A stretch of DNA of 64,000 nucleotides from Klebsormidium nitens (Eukaryota > Plantae > Klebsormidiophyceae), in assembly GCA_000708835.1 (NCBI GenBank), contig DF237286.1, positions 36,831-100,830 of the forward strand, written 5' to 3'. Both the position numbers and the translations under genes were made by a program. Under the pieces are notes generated by a model that made no database searches, had not been told where the DNA came from, and saw nothing but the letters and a program-made list of their open reading frames with translations. The number at the start of each line of letters is the position of its first letter. Within the stretch, counting starts at the first letter, position 1. Below, piece after piece: positions 37,466 through 50,500 of this stretch.

Positions 37466-38529
37466 TTCCTCAACCGGCCGCCATGTAAACGCAGAGACGC
37501 GGGCCGAAATTAGCCGGCACGTCGCATGTGCACATTGCGTGCCGGTTACTGTCGCCTCGCGCAACCTCGACGGATGCCCTCTCCGAGAATCTGAGCCGTT
37601 CAAATGCTTCAGCTGACATAATCGACGGACATAGGTTTGCAAGTGCCTGTGAGCACGTTCATCATTTGCGAAAAACCGGCGGCCGGTCCACGGATGCGCA
37701 AACGTCCACACCCCCAAGGATTCCGGCCAGGGCATAGGTGCACTCGCGAATCTTGGATGATGAGTTCATTCGCAAATGCATAGCTAGGGTAGTCTAGCAT
37801 TGTCGCTGGAGGCTCAGCTATGATGGCCGTCCCTGTGCGTTCGCCTATCAATATTTTCTGCATTCCATCCTTTCTTGTATTCCTTCAAGATTCCAGCTGT
37901 GGTTGTTCGTGGAAAGCAGAAGATCAAGCAGCGGAGCCAGCATTGTGTAACAAGAGCAGCAAACACGTCCCCTTTCAGCTGCCTCCAAGCAATGCCACGA
38001 TCACACGATATTCTGCATCCCCACAGCAATCTCCATCTTGCTCTTTCTTCCTGGTCTTTTCGAAATACCATGCAACACAGCTGCCCCTTTTTTTGCTGCT
38101 CCTCAAAGGGGGACTAGGGCACTCTGCAGCTAAAGACATTTAAAAGGTGACTGTAAGCTTTAGCTTTTTGGTGTCCAGTGTAGCGGCCCGGCACCAACAC
38201 TAGCAGAGCTGTTTCTTCAGCTGCCAGCACAACAAACTCTAGCTCAGCCACAGAAGACTCAGCTCGACATTGCATTGAAGTTGTCAGCTTGCAAAAAGGG
38301 AACAGCTTGCTGGGAAAAAGAACAGCCATTCCAAGAAGAATAGCTCACTGTTAGGAAAGAGGTGATACCACATAGGTCCAGCTAACAGTATACTAACCAT
38401 CTGAAAGGATCAAACCAGAAACCTTAGATACATTGGGAAACCAACAGCTTGGAAGCTGGACTGCTCAAGGCGAATCAAGATCTCAGCTTTGCCAACCCCA
38501 AGTCCGCACTTTCAGCTCTGAGCAGCACG

Positions 38530-41500
38530 ATGGCACCCCACGGCCGGTCCCTCATACTAGTTCTCACGCTCCTGTCATTCTCGCCCTTCCTGGCCACAGC
38601 CCGCCGTCTCCTTGACGATCCACCCCAGTCAGCAGAAATGCAAACCCAGTTAGAGGTAACCCAGATACAACTCCCCTGGAACAAGCTCGTTGAGCAGCTC
38701 GAGTCCCGGGTTACCTTCTTTGAGGATTCCCCCACGGAAATTTCCCCCAGTGAAGCTTTTCCTATCAGCGCCAGCAACTTTGCGGCCGTCCCAAACATCG
38801 CCCTAGGCGGCAGTTACCTCTCCTCTGTGGCAGCATTTACGGTTAATGTTAACCTGGGAACCCCAGGGGTCAGCCTCCCCCTGGTTGTCGACGCCGGAAG
38901 TCACGTCAACTTTGTCCAGGGGTCCGGATGCGTGGCCTGTTCAGAGGGATCATTCGGATGCGCCAGCAACCCGTATGGGGGCCCCTCGACCTGCCCTTAC
39001 GGGTTAAGCTATAACCCAGCTCAGTCAAGTTCCGCTAACCCAAACCTCAGCTGCGGCCAGTGCTCGAGCGGCGCCGATTTTGGCAACGTGGGTTGCCTTG
39101 GCAACGGGTTTTCCTCCCCCGGAACGTGCCAATTTTCCATCGCGTTCGGGTCCGGATACGCTGCCGGACAATATGTCCAGGACTCGCTGTCGATCGGCCC
39201 CATCTCCGCCTCGTCAATCTTCTTCGGAACCACCGTCTACGAGAACATGTTTGAGGGAACGGGGGGACTTCTCGGCTTCGGCCCCACCGCCACCTCGCTC
39301 CCGTTCCAACTCAAAGCCGCAGGCGCAATCCCGTCAGCAACATTTGCGCTCTGCCTCGCTTCAGGGGGGGACACAGGGGGAAGTCTCTTTTTGGGGGGGG
39401 TCCCAGATCAGCCAAACGGCCAGGGGTACTCTCTGAGCTACACGCCGTTCCTGCAGACGCCGTTTGTTTACTACATGATTCCGCAGCCGACGGATTTCCT
39501 AGTTGGGGGGGTGTCGGTGAGTGGGGCGGCGGGGGCGCTGACTGGGGAGGGGGGCGTACGCTGGGTTGTGGACTCTGGTGAGAATAAGCTCCGAGCTTTT
39601 GTTTATCCTTGTCGATAGGAAAAGCTACCCTCCTGTGGTGCGAACAAAAGGTGATCTTGTGAAGTCTGATGGCCCTGATAGCTTGTTTTCACACTTGGGG
39701 TTCCTGTTTTCATGTCCTATGAAAAGCTGTCGCTGGATTGGTAGCTTCTGTTTGCCTCTCGGTGAGAATGAACCGGAAGACATTTGATGGAGAGCTTCGA
39801 ACCCAGCAAGTTTTCAGCTGTATCTGCCATTTGCCCTGATACCAAAAGGTCGCACCTTTGACTTTGCCCTGATCTTCAGGCTGGAGGATTTGGTGCACAC
39901 TTGATTCGATATAACGGGCTGATCCTCAAGACTTGTCTCGACTATGCAGAAACATGATTACAGCTTTGTCTGTATCAATCTTTCAATGACGATAGGACGT
40001 TGATCCAAGCTGAACCTGGACCGTGAGCTAAAATCAAAGCTGGTGGCTGTTGATAGAGATCGCAGAGAGTTTATTAGGGGGATTGGGAGCTAGGAGAGCT
40101 GCTCCAAAGTAGATCAAATGGGCGGGCCTGATTTGAATCAATGTCTCGTCTGTTGCCGCAGCCCCCTAGTACACAAATGTCGACCTCGAAATCAAATTTT
40201 TCTTACTACACGCGGGAGAAGAAAGGAATTCGTATATACAGGATACCCCAAGAAAGACTTTGAAGAAGAGACCTCCTTCGTTCGACCAGGATAACCATAA
40301 TCACAAGTCAGTTGCTAATTGTGCAGTCATGCGTCCAATTTCTCCGTCCGATTGTCCGGCCGGATTCTTTGTTCAATTATCGGTCCGGCTTTGATATCTG
40401 ACCTACTCCTCTGGACTAACAAGAAACTCCTCTACTTCAAAAAGACTTGCTTCGACCTACGACAGACTTTTCTCCGTTCTCAAGAAAGTTCTTTGACCTA
40501 CAATCGAATCCTCTAATGTTCTGCCCCGTCACAGGAACCACGTTGTCCTACGTCCCGAGCTCCGTCTTCTCCGCCGTCTTTTCCGCGGTCAAGTCTGCTT
40601 CCGGCTGCCCCAATACGTTCGTCAACCTCCAAAACTCGGGCCTTGACTTCATCGACCTGAGCACGTGCAACCCCCCGTTTTCCGCCAACCCTAGTTCCGC
40701 CGAGATCTACGCCCGATTCCCCACGTTGACGCTGAACCTCCAAGTGAGCCGTCAGATGGCCCAGGCCTTTAGTCTCGTCCAATGCATGTTCAGCAACCCC
40801 GAATCCAAATGGGCACAACCCCGAACCCAAAATGGGCAGTTCGGAAAGTCTTACCGTGAGACAAGACTTGCGATAGACCCGCCAATCACCACGATTCGGA
40901 GACTCGGTCGTGCGAATTTCGTCCTCATTCCGCTTCCGGGACGTCCAACGCTAAAAACTATGGTCGTGGATCTTGGTGGTGATTTTGCATGAGAGGTTGA
41001 GGCCAAAGGGCTCTCACGCCAGCCGGGAACTATATATGGCGCTTCGAATCTCGTAAGAGTATTGCGCTGAGCGTCTCGCTGACCATATGCCTCGAGACGA
41101 CGTCTGGGTCAGAGGCCGACTAAAGGGAAGATCCGCCAAACCATTGCACTGGATCCTCTACAAAAGCAATCATGTTTTTGAGCTTGGCAGAGTGGTCGAG
41201 GCGATCTTGGTGGCCAATAACCCACCGTCTGATTTGCATCCGACGGCCCAGATATTCTTGCAGCCCTTTTCGCTGCGGCTGAGTTGTGCCTATATTCCCT
41301 CCTTCAGGGAGGCCCCCTGACGTCGCGTCCAAAAGCGTACGCGCTCTTCGGACGGTACGGACCGCAGGGGCAGTGGTGCGTGAATCCGGGGCTCGCTGAC
41401 GTCAAGAGCAGCAACGTACGCGTCATCGGGGACAGCTTCATGTCGGACAACCTGGTGAGTCGACAATTATGCGTCCGAAACCGTTCGAAGAAACCGTTTT

Positions 41501-44500
41501 CGCGCAGGCTTAATCTGTTGTGTACAAAGGCCCTCGGCCGAACATCTAGATTCAAACTCACGGTCGCCTAGGTGCTCGTCGAAACAGGTCTCCTTCCGTC
41601 GTAAGCGAGGCGAAATCTTGTTTCTCGTCAGAGAAATCGATGGGGACGATCTGCTGGTTTCGAGCAGCCGAAAGTCCCGCTTTCCCAAATTGGAAAGCGC
41701 TTCTTTGAGTCATACTACGTCGTATCATCGTCAAAATCTGTCCGACTGACTTACCAAAACCGCAGCTAGTAAGAGAACTCTCTGAAGTCCTTGGTCAGAT
41801 TAAATCATTTCCTCTCATGTCCGAACAGTCCGTTCGGCTGGCTTGTTGTATGGGCGCCCGAACAGTCTGACTCGGGGCTTAGAAATAAAATGATGGGCGA
41901 CCAATAATGTGCAACATGACTCATGTCTGTCGCCACCAGCTCGCTCCTTTTTCCTGCCCATGCTACAGTGTCTGAAGCCTATATCGTAACCCCTCTATCT
42001 GCAGATCGTCTACGACAACGACAACAACCGGCTCGGATTTGCACCTGTGGACTGCAAGACTCTTGGTGAGACCTCGCTCCAAGCCCTCTTTTTCGCACCC
42101 ACATTTTCAAGGCGTTCGCGCTGTGGAATGATCAAACCAGGATTTTCAAATTAGTCGGCTGGATTTTGAGAGAGGAAGCAGTGACACGAAAAAGAGCTTT
42201 AACCTCGTCCTAGCAGCGTCAAATTAGGGAAAGCCGGTTAATCCGTTCAACTGGTCTATTCCGCAAGTACGTGCGCAAGAACGGACTTTTCAGCGCCGGC
42301 CACAGATGGGATAAGGAAAGCGCGACTTTTGAGGCCGGTATTCTGCTGCCAGATTCCGCACCTATTGAATTCCTCAGGCTTCTTTTGGCGACATCGGCCA
42401 CTCTGAAAGAGCCAAATCCAACCATGGCAAAAAGCATAGTAAGCCCAAGCACGAGAAGATGGAGTCGAGCCTGTTCCGACTCTTCTCGCAGTTCCCATGG
42501 ACGTTTCCACCTCCCCTGTTTCTACTCCCCCCCCCTCAACTTCAGCGCCAACGGACCCCCCCTCGACTCCTGCGCCAACGAACCCCCCCTCGACTCCCGC
42601 GCCAACGAACCCCCCCTCAAACCCCGCGCCGACGAACCCCCCCTCAAATCCCGCGCCAACGAACCCCCCAGCCTCAGGCAACAGCCCACAAGTCTTCCCT
42701 GCGGGGGGGGCCTGCGACCCGTCTTCCTCTACCCCCAACCAGGTGAGAAGCAACCCAAGGGGATCCCCCGCGTACAGACCTTTGAGTTGCTTTGCTGCCT
42801 CCATCTGCATTTTCTGAGAAATTCGCGACGCTGGCAAACGACCGGTTGAGTTGCATATATCGCGAAAGAGGCATGACAATCTGATATGTTCCAGCCGACG
42901 GGTCTTCGAATACTCCCCACCTGTCAGTGCTCTGCTTTTACGATTTCACGGCAATCCCATCAGCAGACAGAATCGGTCTCCTTGACGTCAGACGTCGATA
43001 GGGCCACAAGAGGTCTTACTTCCGCTCCCTCACCCCTGAAAAGGATCTTCTTTCCTCGACGTTGCTGCGACGTATTTGATCCCCTCGATCCTTATGCTTC
43101 TTTTCACCGTCCTTGCGCTTGGCTTCGCCGCACCATTGAAAGACCGCCCCTAAACCCAACTCAATTCTCACCCAATCGCAGCACAGTCTGTATGTTCGCA
43201 TGACGAAGCTACAACTCAAGATTGTGCAATAAGGGTTTGCGTCGACCGAAATGCTGCAAGAAGCTTTCCAGATTTTTTAGCCAATCGGATGGCTTTCAGA
43301 TCCACGTGGTACANNNNNNNNNNNNNNNNNNNNNNNNNNNNNNNNNNNNNNNNNNNNNNNNNNNNNNNNNNNNNNNNNNNNNNNNNNNNNNNNNNNNNNN
43401 NNNNNNNNNNNNNNNNNNNNNNNNNNNNNNNNNNNNNNNNNNNNNNNNNNNNNNNNNNNNNNNNNNNNNNNNNNNNNNNNNNNNNNNNNNNNNNNNNNNN
43501 NNNNNNNNNNNNNNNNNNNNNNNNNNNNNNNNNNNNNNNNNNNNNNNNNNNNNNCCTTATTTCCCCCGCAGTGCTACAACAATATCGGTACCCAGTACAC
43601 TTGCTGTTCGGGTGCATGCGCCTCCACCCCTTCCAGCACCCCGGGCTGCGACGGCGCCCCCCCGGCTAACCCCTCCCCCAATAATCCTACCCCGACCAAC
43701 CCTTCCCCGACTAACCCTTCCCCAACCACTCCGGCGCCGAACACGCCCGGTCCGACGCCCGGTTCGCCGTCCCAGGGCGGCGTCTTCCCCGCCGGGGGGG
43801 TGTGCGATCCGCACTCGTCGGCTCCCAATCAGGTGGGTCTCCCGCGGTGTCTTTCTGGCGTTGACGTTCTCAACTCTGGCTGTTTTGCCTGTGTTGTTCG
43901 ATAACCAGGCGACCAATCTTTTGAACGGTTATCAACGAAGAGAGACCGGGGAAAGGCTCGGTTGGCGAGTCACCTGTATGGGTCAGAAGGAGTCGCCGAG
44001 CCTTTCCAGCCGCTTCGTACAAGCGAAATTTCATCGCAGTTTTTCTTTATACTCTTTATTTAGCTGTCTCGACACACGAAACCCATCGAATTCGACAAAG
44101 AAACTCTCCTTCGGTGTGCCCGTGTTGTTCGTTAAGTCCTTCAAAACACTCAACTGAAATACCGCCGAGGAGTGGTCGGTTGCCATTTCACTGCACGGGC
44201 AGAACGATTCGCCGAGCCTTTCCAGACGCTTCGTACAAGCGGGAGATATTCTCAGTGCAGTGAGAGAGGCATTTCTGAACAGCGATGCTCTTCAACGTCG
44301 CTTTGAAAGTGTGGTCTACTTCTTCCAAGGCTTTTAAAGAAACGGACCTGAAGCGCAGCTTTGGAGAGAAGCTGGGAGCACAAAATGCACAGCTTTTGGT
44401 GTTCTCTCCACTTTTCTAACTGTCTCAAAAAACAGAAATCCCTCAATCTTGACCATGAAAATCTGCTTCGGTGCGTTGCAGTGTTACAACAACGACGGCT

Positions 44501-44565
44501 CTTCGTACACGTGTTGCGCCGGGTCGTGTTCCAGCACGCCCGGAAGCGTCCCGTCGTGCAACTAA
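38530..44565 (+). CDS. Secreted pepsin-like (A1) aspartic protease with Pro/Thr-rich linkers and two C-terminal 6-Cys modules
   Basis: Exons 38530-39577, 40535-40743, 41308-41454, 42005-42065, 42492-42742, 43572-43832, 44482-44565 (an N gap lies in intron 5). N-terminal hydrophobic signal peptide, FTVNVNLGTP, VVDAGS, FSIAFGSG, GGLLGFG, FALCL, VVDSG|TTLSY, IGDSFM..IVYDNDNNRLGFAPVDC. Confidence 0.9.
42545..42670 (+). repeat. In-frame 24-bp tandem repeat (PAPTNPPS linker)
   Basis: About five units of gcgccaacgaaccccccctc... encoding APTDPPST PAPTNPPS(T/N). Confidence 0.9.
43314..43554. other. Assembly gap (241 N)
   Basis: Run of n in the sequence. Confidence 1.
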
Positions 44566-47500
44566 TTTATAGCCTTGATTTCCAATTTGAGACGCTTAAA
44601 CCAGCGTGCGGCGGTCTCAGCCGTAGTTTAGAAACTAGGGCTCCAAGGTGCTCTGTCCAAGCCCAATGACGTACACAATTGACGCTGTCCATGATGGAAC
44701 TAGACACGGGTCACTCGCACTCGCGAAGCGCACTGAGATGATTGGGTATAGATTTGTATTCAATCCAAGTGCGGCAATGTACTCCTTAGCTTGGTCACGT
44801 CGAGGTTTTGTCCGACCTTGAGAAGTGTTAGGTGGAGAACATATTTTATGGAAAGCCTGACCCGGCAAGACGACACCTACAGGCACCGGTCAGAGACGTC
44901 GAGTTGGCCTCTGTACGTTTAGTGCGTCCATTGAACCTTTTGAAAGTCATTCAAGTACGTACCTATTACGCTCGTATGTCCGGTCCAGATGACTCTATGC
45001 TTCAGTGCAGATTTTTTGCGTTGAATGTAGATGCTGCCGTTCTGGTAGGTCATTCAGTTGAGCTGCAGATTGAGGGACTGGCTTATACCATCTGTCAGTT
45101 TTGATCTGCATGCTGTGAGGGTACTTGATGGTAGCTCTTGTTCATCTCAAGTGTACAGCTAGCGAGCTACAGGCATGCAGTGCATGTGTGATAACTTGAC
45201 TCGAAGTTTCGCTAATCGAATATGCATTTCTTCATTTCTGTATATGACATATACCAAGTATTGCTTCAGGCTTGCTTCATGAATGCGTCCCCAGCTGCAC
45301 ATGTACCATATAAGCCCAGTGGACGGCTTTCTAGCGCTGCGGCAATTTCACCATTTCGATTGACGTTAGCTAGCGCTGCAATGACGTCAATCGACTTTCT
45401 TTGAGTGGGCATCGTTGATTCCGATCCTCAGCTATACAATCATTGTATCTGTATGCGCAGAAGCGCTGCATGAGCTTCGCCAAACAATAACGAGTGACTT
45501 GGCACGATTTATAATATCAAGAGCATTTAAAAGCTTGTCGGGCCGATTGACGGCGCGGGGCCATGTGGCGAAATCGATCACCGAGTCCGAGATCTGCGTT
45601 TGTACTGTTTGGTCCGACCTGTGCGAACATAGATATTTGTGGCTCTTACTTGCCAGTATCCTGGCGTTTCGACCGTGTGTGACTCATGCAGATCGTTGTA
45701 TATCTGTCTGATATTTAAGTTCAAAGTTCTGATCGTCTCGACATGCGCACGCATGTCAATTGCATAATAGATTTAGAACGATACCAGCATCCAAGCAGAT
45801 CGCGAATGCAAGGAAATAGAGCATCAACCGTTGGGCCCACCATGCCCTTAAGCAAGCTGTCAACTCTCCAGAATTATCAACAGGCAAAAGAAACTTGCAG
45901 ACCGTATGATGCCATACATATGAAATTCACAGTGGACCCGTGATATCCAACTAGAAGGGACATATTTTCGTTGGATAAGAACCACCGTCATCTATTGCAC
46001 CACTAAGCTCGAAACCGCTTTCGTTTGACCAGGGTTTCCGCTTGGCAATACTTAAAAAACCGGCAATGCATCTGATCATTTGTAATTTAATTACCTTTTC
46101 TCTCAATCTTGAGCTTTGTCTCGTCCCTTGCACTAGGGTGTTCTCAAGGTGCCTGCAGACCAGAAGACTGTTTGCTTGTGAAAGGGTGTGTGATTCGATT
46201 TGGAGACAGATGCCAGAAGATGTGCAGCACAAAAGCGTCTTCCAAGCTATAACCTCTACAAAGAGGTGCGGAACAACGTGTGACAAAACAAGTCCTCCAA
46301 CAAGTCCTCCTTCTTGCAAAACTCTCGTAGCAAAGGGTCAACGCGTAGCATAAGGTCAACGGACTTTTTAGAGAACATCGAAAACGAGCATTGACTGAGA
46401 AGGTGAGAAGTGCGACGGGGGATCAGAAACAGCCTCACGTGACCACATGATTTGTTTCAGATTGGTAACGGATGTGATTTTTGTTCATCACTTCCCCCGT
46501 CACTTTCTTCGTTCAACTTCACTTAAAGGCTATGCGCCCAGACGAAAGTACAAAAGTTCGATCTTGATCTCAACCAGAAATGTGATCGACAAAAATGGCA
46601 TAGCGCGATAAGCCCAGCAGGACAAACACTGAAGAAACAAGAAGGATTAAGAGCTCATAAAGCTTACCGAGAACACTTCTATGAAAACGAGAGCCGAAAC
46701 CGCTGAACGACTGGCGCCGGTCATCTGGATGAAGCTGCCTTCACCGCCGACGAGCTGGAGACCACCTTGGTTTCAGCCACTCCTATACACAGAAGACCCC
46801 AGAGAGATCAATGTTAGTATTCGCGTATAGTCAGAGGACTTTTTCCTGTAGACAACACCCTAAGTACCGCACACCGGGGTTTTGAGATTGCTGGAAACTT
46901 CTTGATGGCAATCTTGTCAGGCAATCAGAAGGTGCGGTCACTGTTCTCTTGTGAAAACGTTGGAATCCGCAGACTTTCCTCGTCACCCGTATCAAAGAAA
47001 CGCAACATCAGCACCCCTGGTGCATGAGTCCATATACCTGTTCAAGGTGACGATGAAACTCATGGAGAGCGAAGTGTCAAACTGAACACTTCGAAAAAAG
47101 CTCCAATAATCCATGAAAAAGGAACAGTGTATGTAGTCGACCTTTAGTAAGGAGAGCCAATGAAACGGCCCTTCTCGTGGAGGCAGACCTCTGGTTGTCT
47201 GGCCAGTGCCCCGCCCCCGAGGGAGCGAGGCCGTTTTTCTGGGCAAGAATGGGGGAGAAAGCCTGACAAAAACAGACCCCCTCAAAAACAAACCTGCCAG
47301 GCACGCTCAATCGACAATCTCTTTATGGCAGAAAAACCTGAGCAAAACCATTGTTTATTGTTTGAGCAGTTGTAGAAGCCGCTTTGAGAAAGCAACAATT
47401 CTAAAAATTGCTAACAAATCAGACGAAATTAGTTAGGGGAGAACGCAAAAGTGATCAACTCATCCGGCAACACGACAGGGCAAAAGCAGATGAAGCATCT

Positions 47501-50500
47501 TGAGTGCGTTGGACTGGAAAAAAAGTCATTCAGGGCTCATATTCTATGGGTGTATAAGTGTCTGTCATGCCTTGCGGCTTTCAGTACGAGGAATTGAATA
47601 TAATCACCGCCCTTCAATTCAATGAAAGTTCTCGCAGAAACGCTGAACCTGTAACACTTTTGATCAGTTTGCACGGGTAGAGCGACAGACTAACTAGACC
47701 GTCTTGTTGAAATCTGACTCAGAGAAGGTTCTGAAAATGCTGGGCTTTGTGGACGAGACATGTGCCTAAACTTAAGAGAGCCTCTTGTTGATCGACTCGA
47801 TCGTACAGTCACTTGCAGACGTTGATGAGCAGAAATGTTACGGATGCTGCCAAGAAGGCTTTGCTGCAAGAACAGCGACTGCCAAAGATACGCAAAGAAA
47901 GCTTTCAACGAACAACCTGTACTCTTGTACAGACTCATTTCCCAGGCTTATGTTGCAATGTGCACCCCCTGACCGTCGGCGAAGGAGGTGTAGGAACCAG
48001 CGCTGACAATCACGGGGCAGTCAATCGCTTTCGCATCAGCGTATAAGCGCGAGGCGACTGTTCACAACCAGCGCCTTAGAAATGATGCAAGCAGAAGATT
48101 GGAGTCGACTAAACTGCAAATCTGGATAGTCAGCCAATCTCATTAGATGGACACGAAGTACACATGTAACAATCAAGAGACCCTTAAGAAGATCCGCTCA
48201 GTGCGCAAGTGAAGTATTATGTCATCGGTGTGACCACCTACATAGTCTAACATGTATTTTGGATCACTGTTCATCACAGCGGATCTGTTGGCATACCATT
48301 CACCCTTTGCTAACAGCAACACAAACTTCTTCAGTCAACAGCCAGGCCGATGTCGCGCGCAAGCACGTCTTGCAGTCGTAAACAGTGACAAAACAGCAAC
48401 TCCACCATCTACAAACCAACTGAGACCCATTTTTGTCAGACACAGGGTGCAAACACTAGTACCAAACATACAGTCTGTCTTTTCGAGCATGATACCATCT
48501 GCACGGGTGTGTGGTCGTCAGGGACTTAAATACTGGTGTCACCAAGGTGAATCTGCATTGCAGAATTGCTGTCATCATCCGACTACACCCGAACGACAGG
48601 CGGCACTCAAATCATCTCAAGCTAGAATGGTTCCCCCAACACTCAACATTCGTTCCTGCAAGTGCTTACGAAAACTTACTGAAACCAAGCAATAAAAACC
48701 ATTACCAAAAACTTTTAGTGAGACTCAGGAAGGAGGTTTGAGGTGGCCTTACCTGAGCAAGTAACACCATAATCCGCGGTCGGCTGATTCGAAGCCGCTG
48801 TCTGACGAGTCAACCCCCTTCCAATCTTGTCAGCATGACTCAAAATCTGCGCGACAAAGAACCAAGGTGTCAATGAGGTAAGCACCTTAAGGTTTCATCA
48901 ATCATTCACCAGGTTGCCTTTGCAGCGCCAGTTGCTTCAATGGCATTCCCATCGAGCAACTTCATGATCAGGTGCAGCACTATCAGCTGAGGCTGGTGGT
49001 ACCGAGTTGGAAACAAAGGAAAGCTTATTTCTGATTCCAGCATCTCTAAGAGTTGAGGTCAAATGAGCAAGGTCGATGGAGAATAGACCGAAAACGCGTC
49101 CAACACATAAGCGTATAGAAAGACATAACCCAATTTGCACCCAACTTTGCAGTCAACTGAAACAACCCCCTGCAAATGTTCACCAAACCCGAAAACACAA
49201 TCAAGGCATGTACCTTGGAATGGCTGGTGCATCAAACTCCGTATTGTAGGCTCCGTGCCTTTCATGCTAGGCACCCACTGACCGCTTTTGAAGAGCCTGC
49301 AGCAGATGACAAGTATCTCAAGACAATGATCTGCTGAGTCAGGTGTGCTTCCAAATCGAACAAGTCCCTTTTCAAGACCTTTCAAGACTTTTCAATATCC
49401 TTTTCAAACCTACTTTCGCTATGTTCTACAAATGAGACAGGTTCACAGCTTTCAAACCTGAGAGGCCTGGCAGCGAGAGTTTGAAGATCGGAACGTCAAA
49501 AACCTTGAAATAAGTGTGTGCTTATCTGGCCATCCTTTCTGCATGGCAGGAAGATACAAGCGAGACCAGCACTGAGCTTTGCTGTTGCGCTACGCTCATG
49601 CTCAAACTGGTACTCAGTCCAGCCAGCCGGCAATCAGTAAAGCAGCGCACAGTGGATAAGCATACTTCTGGTACTATCGAAGAAATTGAATTCAAACCTC
49701 AAGCGGTAATGCTCTGTACATGCTAAAACAATAATGCGGCATTTTGCCAGAGGCAGTATCAAAAATGTGAAGCTGGATATATGGCGAGTCAGTTCGGTAT
49801 GAATGAATATGCCTCAAGTGTGTATGTTCAGCGCAGACAAGTCTGCGTCACACATCTAATTGAATCATCCTCCTCGCCATATACCATATATCGTTGCACA
49901 AAAGGCGACTTTTCACAGCAGGTCAGAAGAGGAGAATCTGCACCACCAAATTCTACAATCCCAGCCAAGGAAAGCAACACCGTTATCAGACTACATGTCT
50001 CATCTTCATGCAGTACCAATAACAGCAGAAGCTTGTGAGCTTTAATGTCCTCACAGAAAGCACAGACCAGAAGAAACAACCATCTTTCTGCAGTTGGCAA
50101 GCACGCTCAGGAGAAACCCCTCATCAAGACTTGAAACCTGAGGAAACTGCATTCACAATATACGGCGCATAAACATTCGGGTGATCTGCCGGCAAACTCA
50201 CCGCGCTAGTAAGACATCTTTGCTTGGAAGATGGTTCAAGGCACCATCAGTGGTTGGCAATGTGGCAACCATCTGTCCATTGTCAAGACTCCGACAAGGA
50301 AGCACCTGGAGGGAGGCCAACTGGCTGCCAAACCACCAGGCATAGCAACCAGCAAGGCACGCTTCGCAACACCAAACTCTAGCAGGCGCCAAAATGGCGC
50401 CTCAGCAGAATGCTGGGCACCTTGCTGCAAGGCTTGCAAATTGAAACTGGGAACTGTCATGAATGGCCAGAGCCGCCGCCTGATGTCACTCCGAATTGCG

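Noticed and set aside
43216-44157. ORF-track entries of 126-311 aa spanning the N run
   Set aside because: Artefacts of translating through the gap; the real exon is 43572-43832 in the CYNNIGTQY frame.
43975-44245. ~45-bp direct repeat in the last protease intron (cgccgagcctttccag.cgcttcgtacaagcg, two copies)
   Set aside because: The repeat is real, but it does not include an exon junction, so it is not counted among the junction arrays. It looks like an ordinary local duplication.
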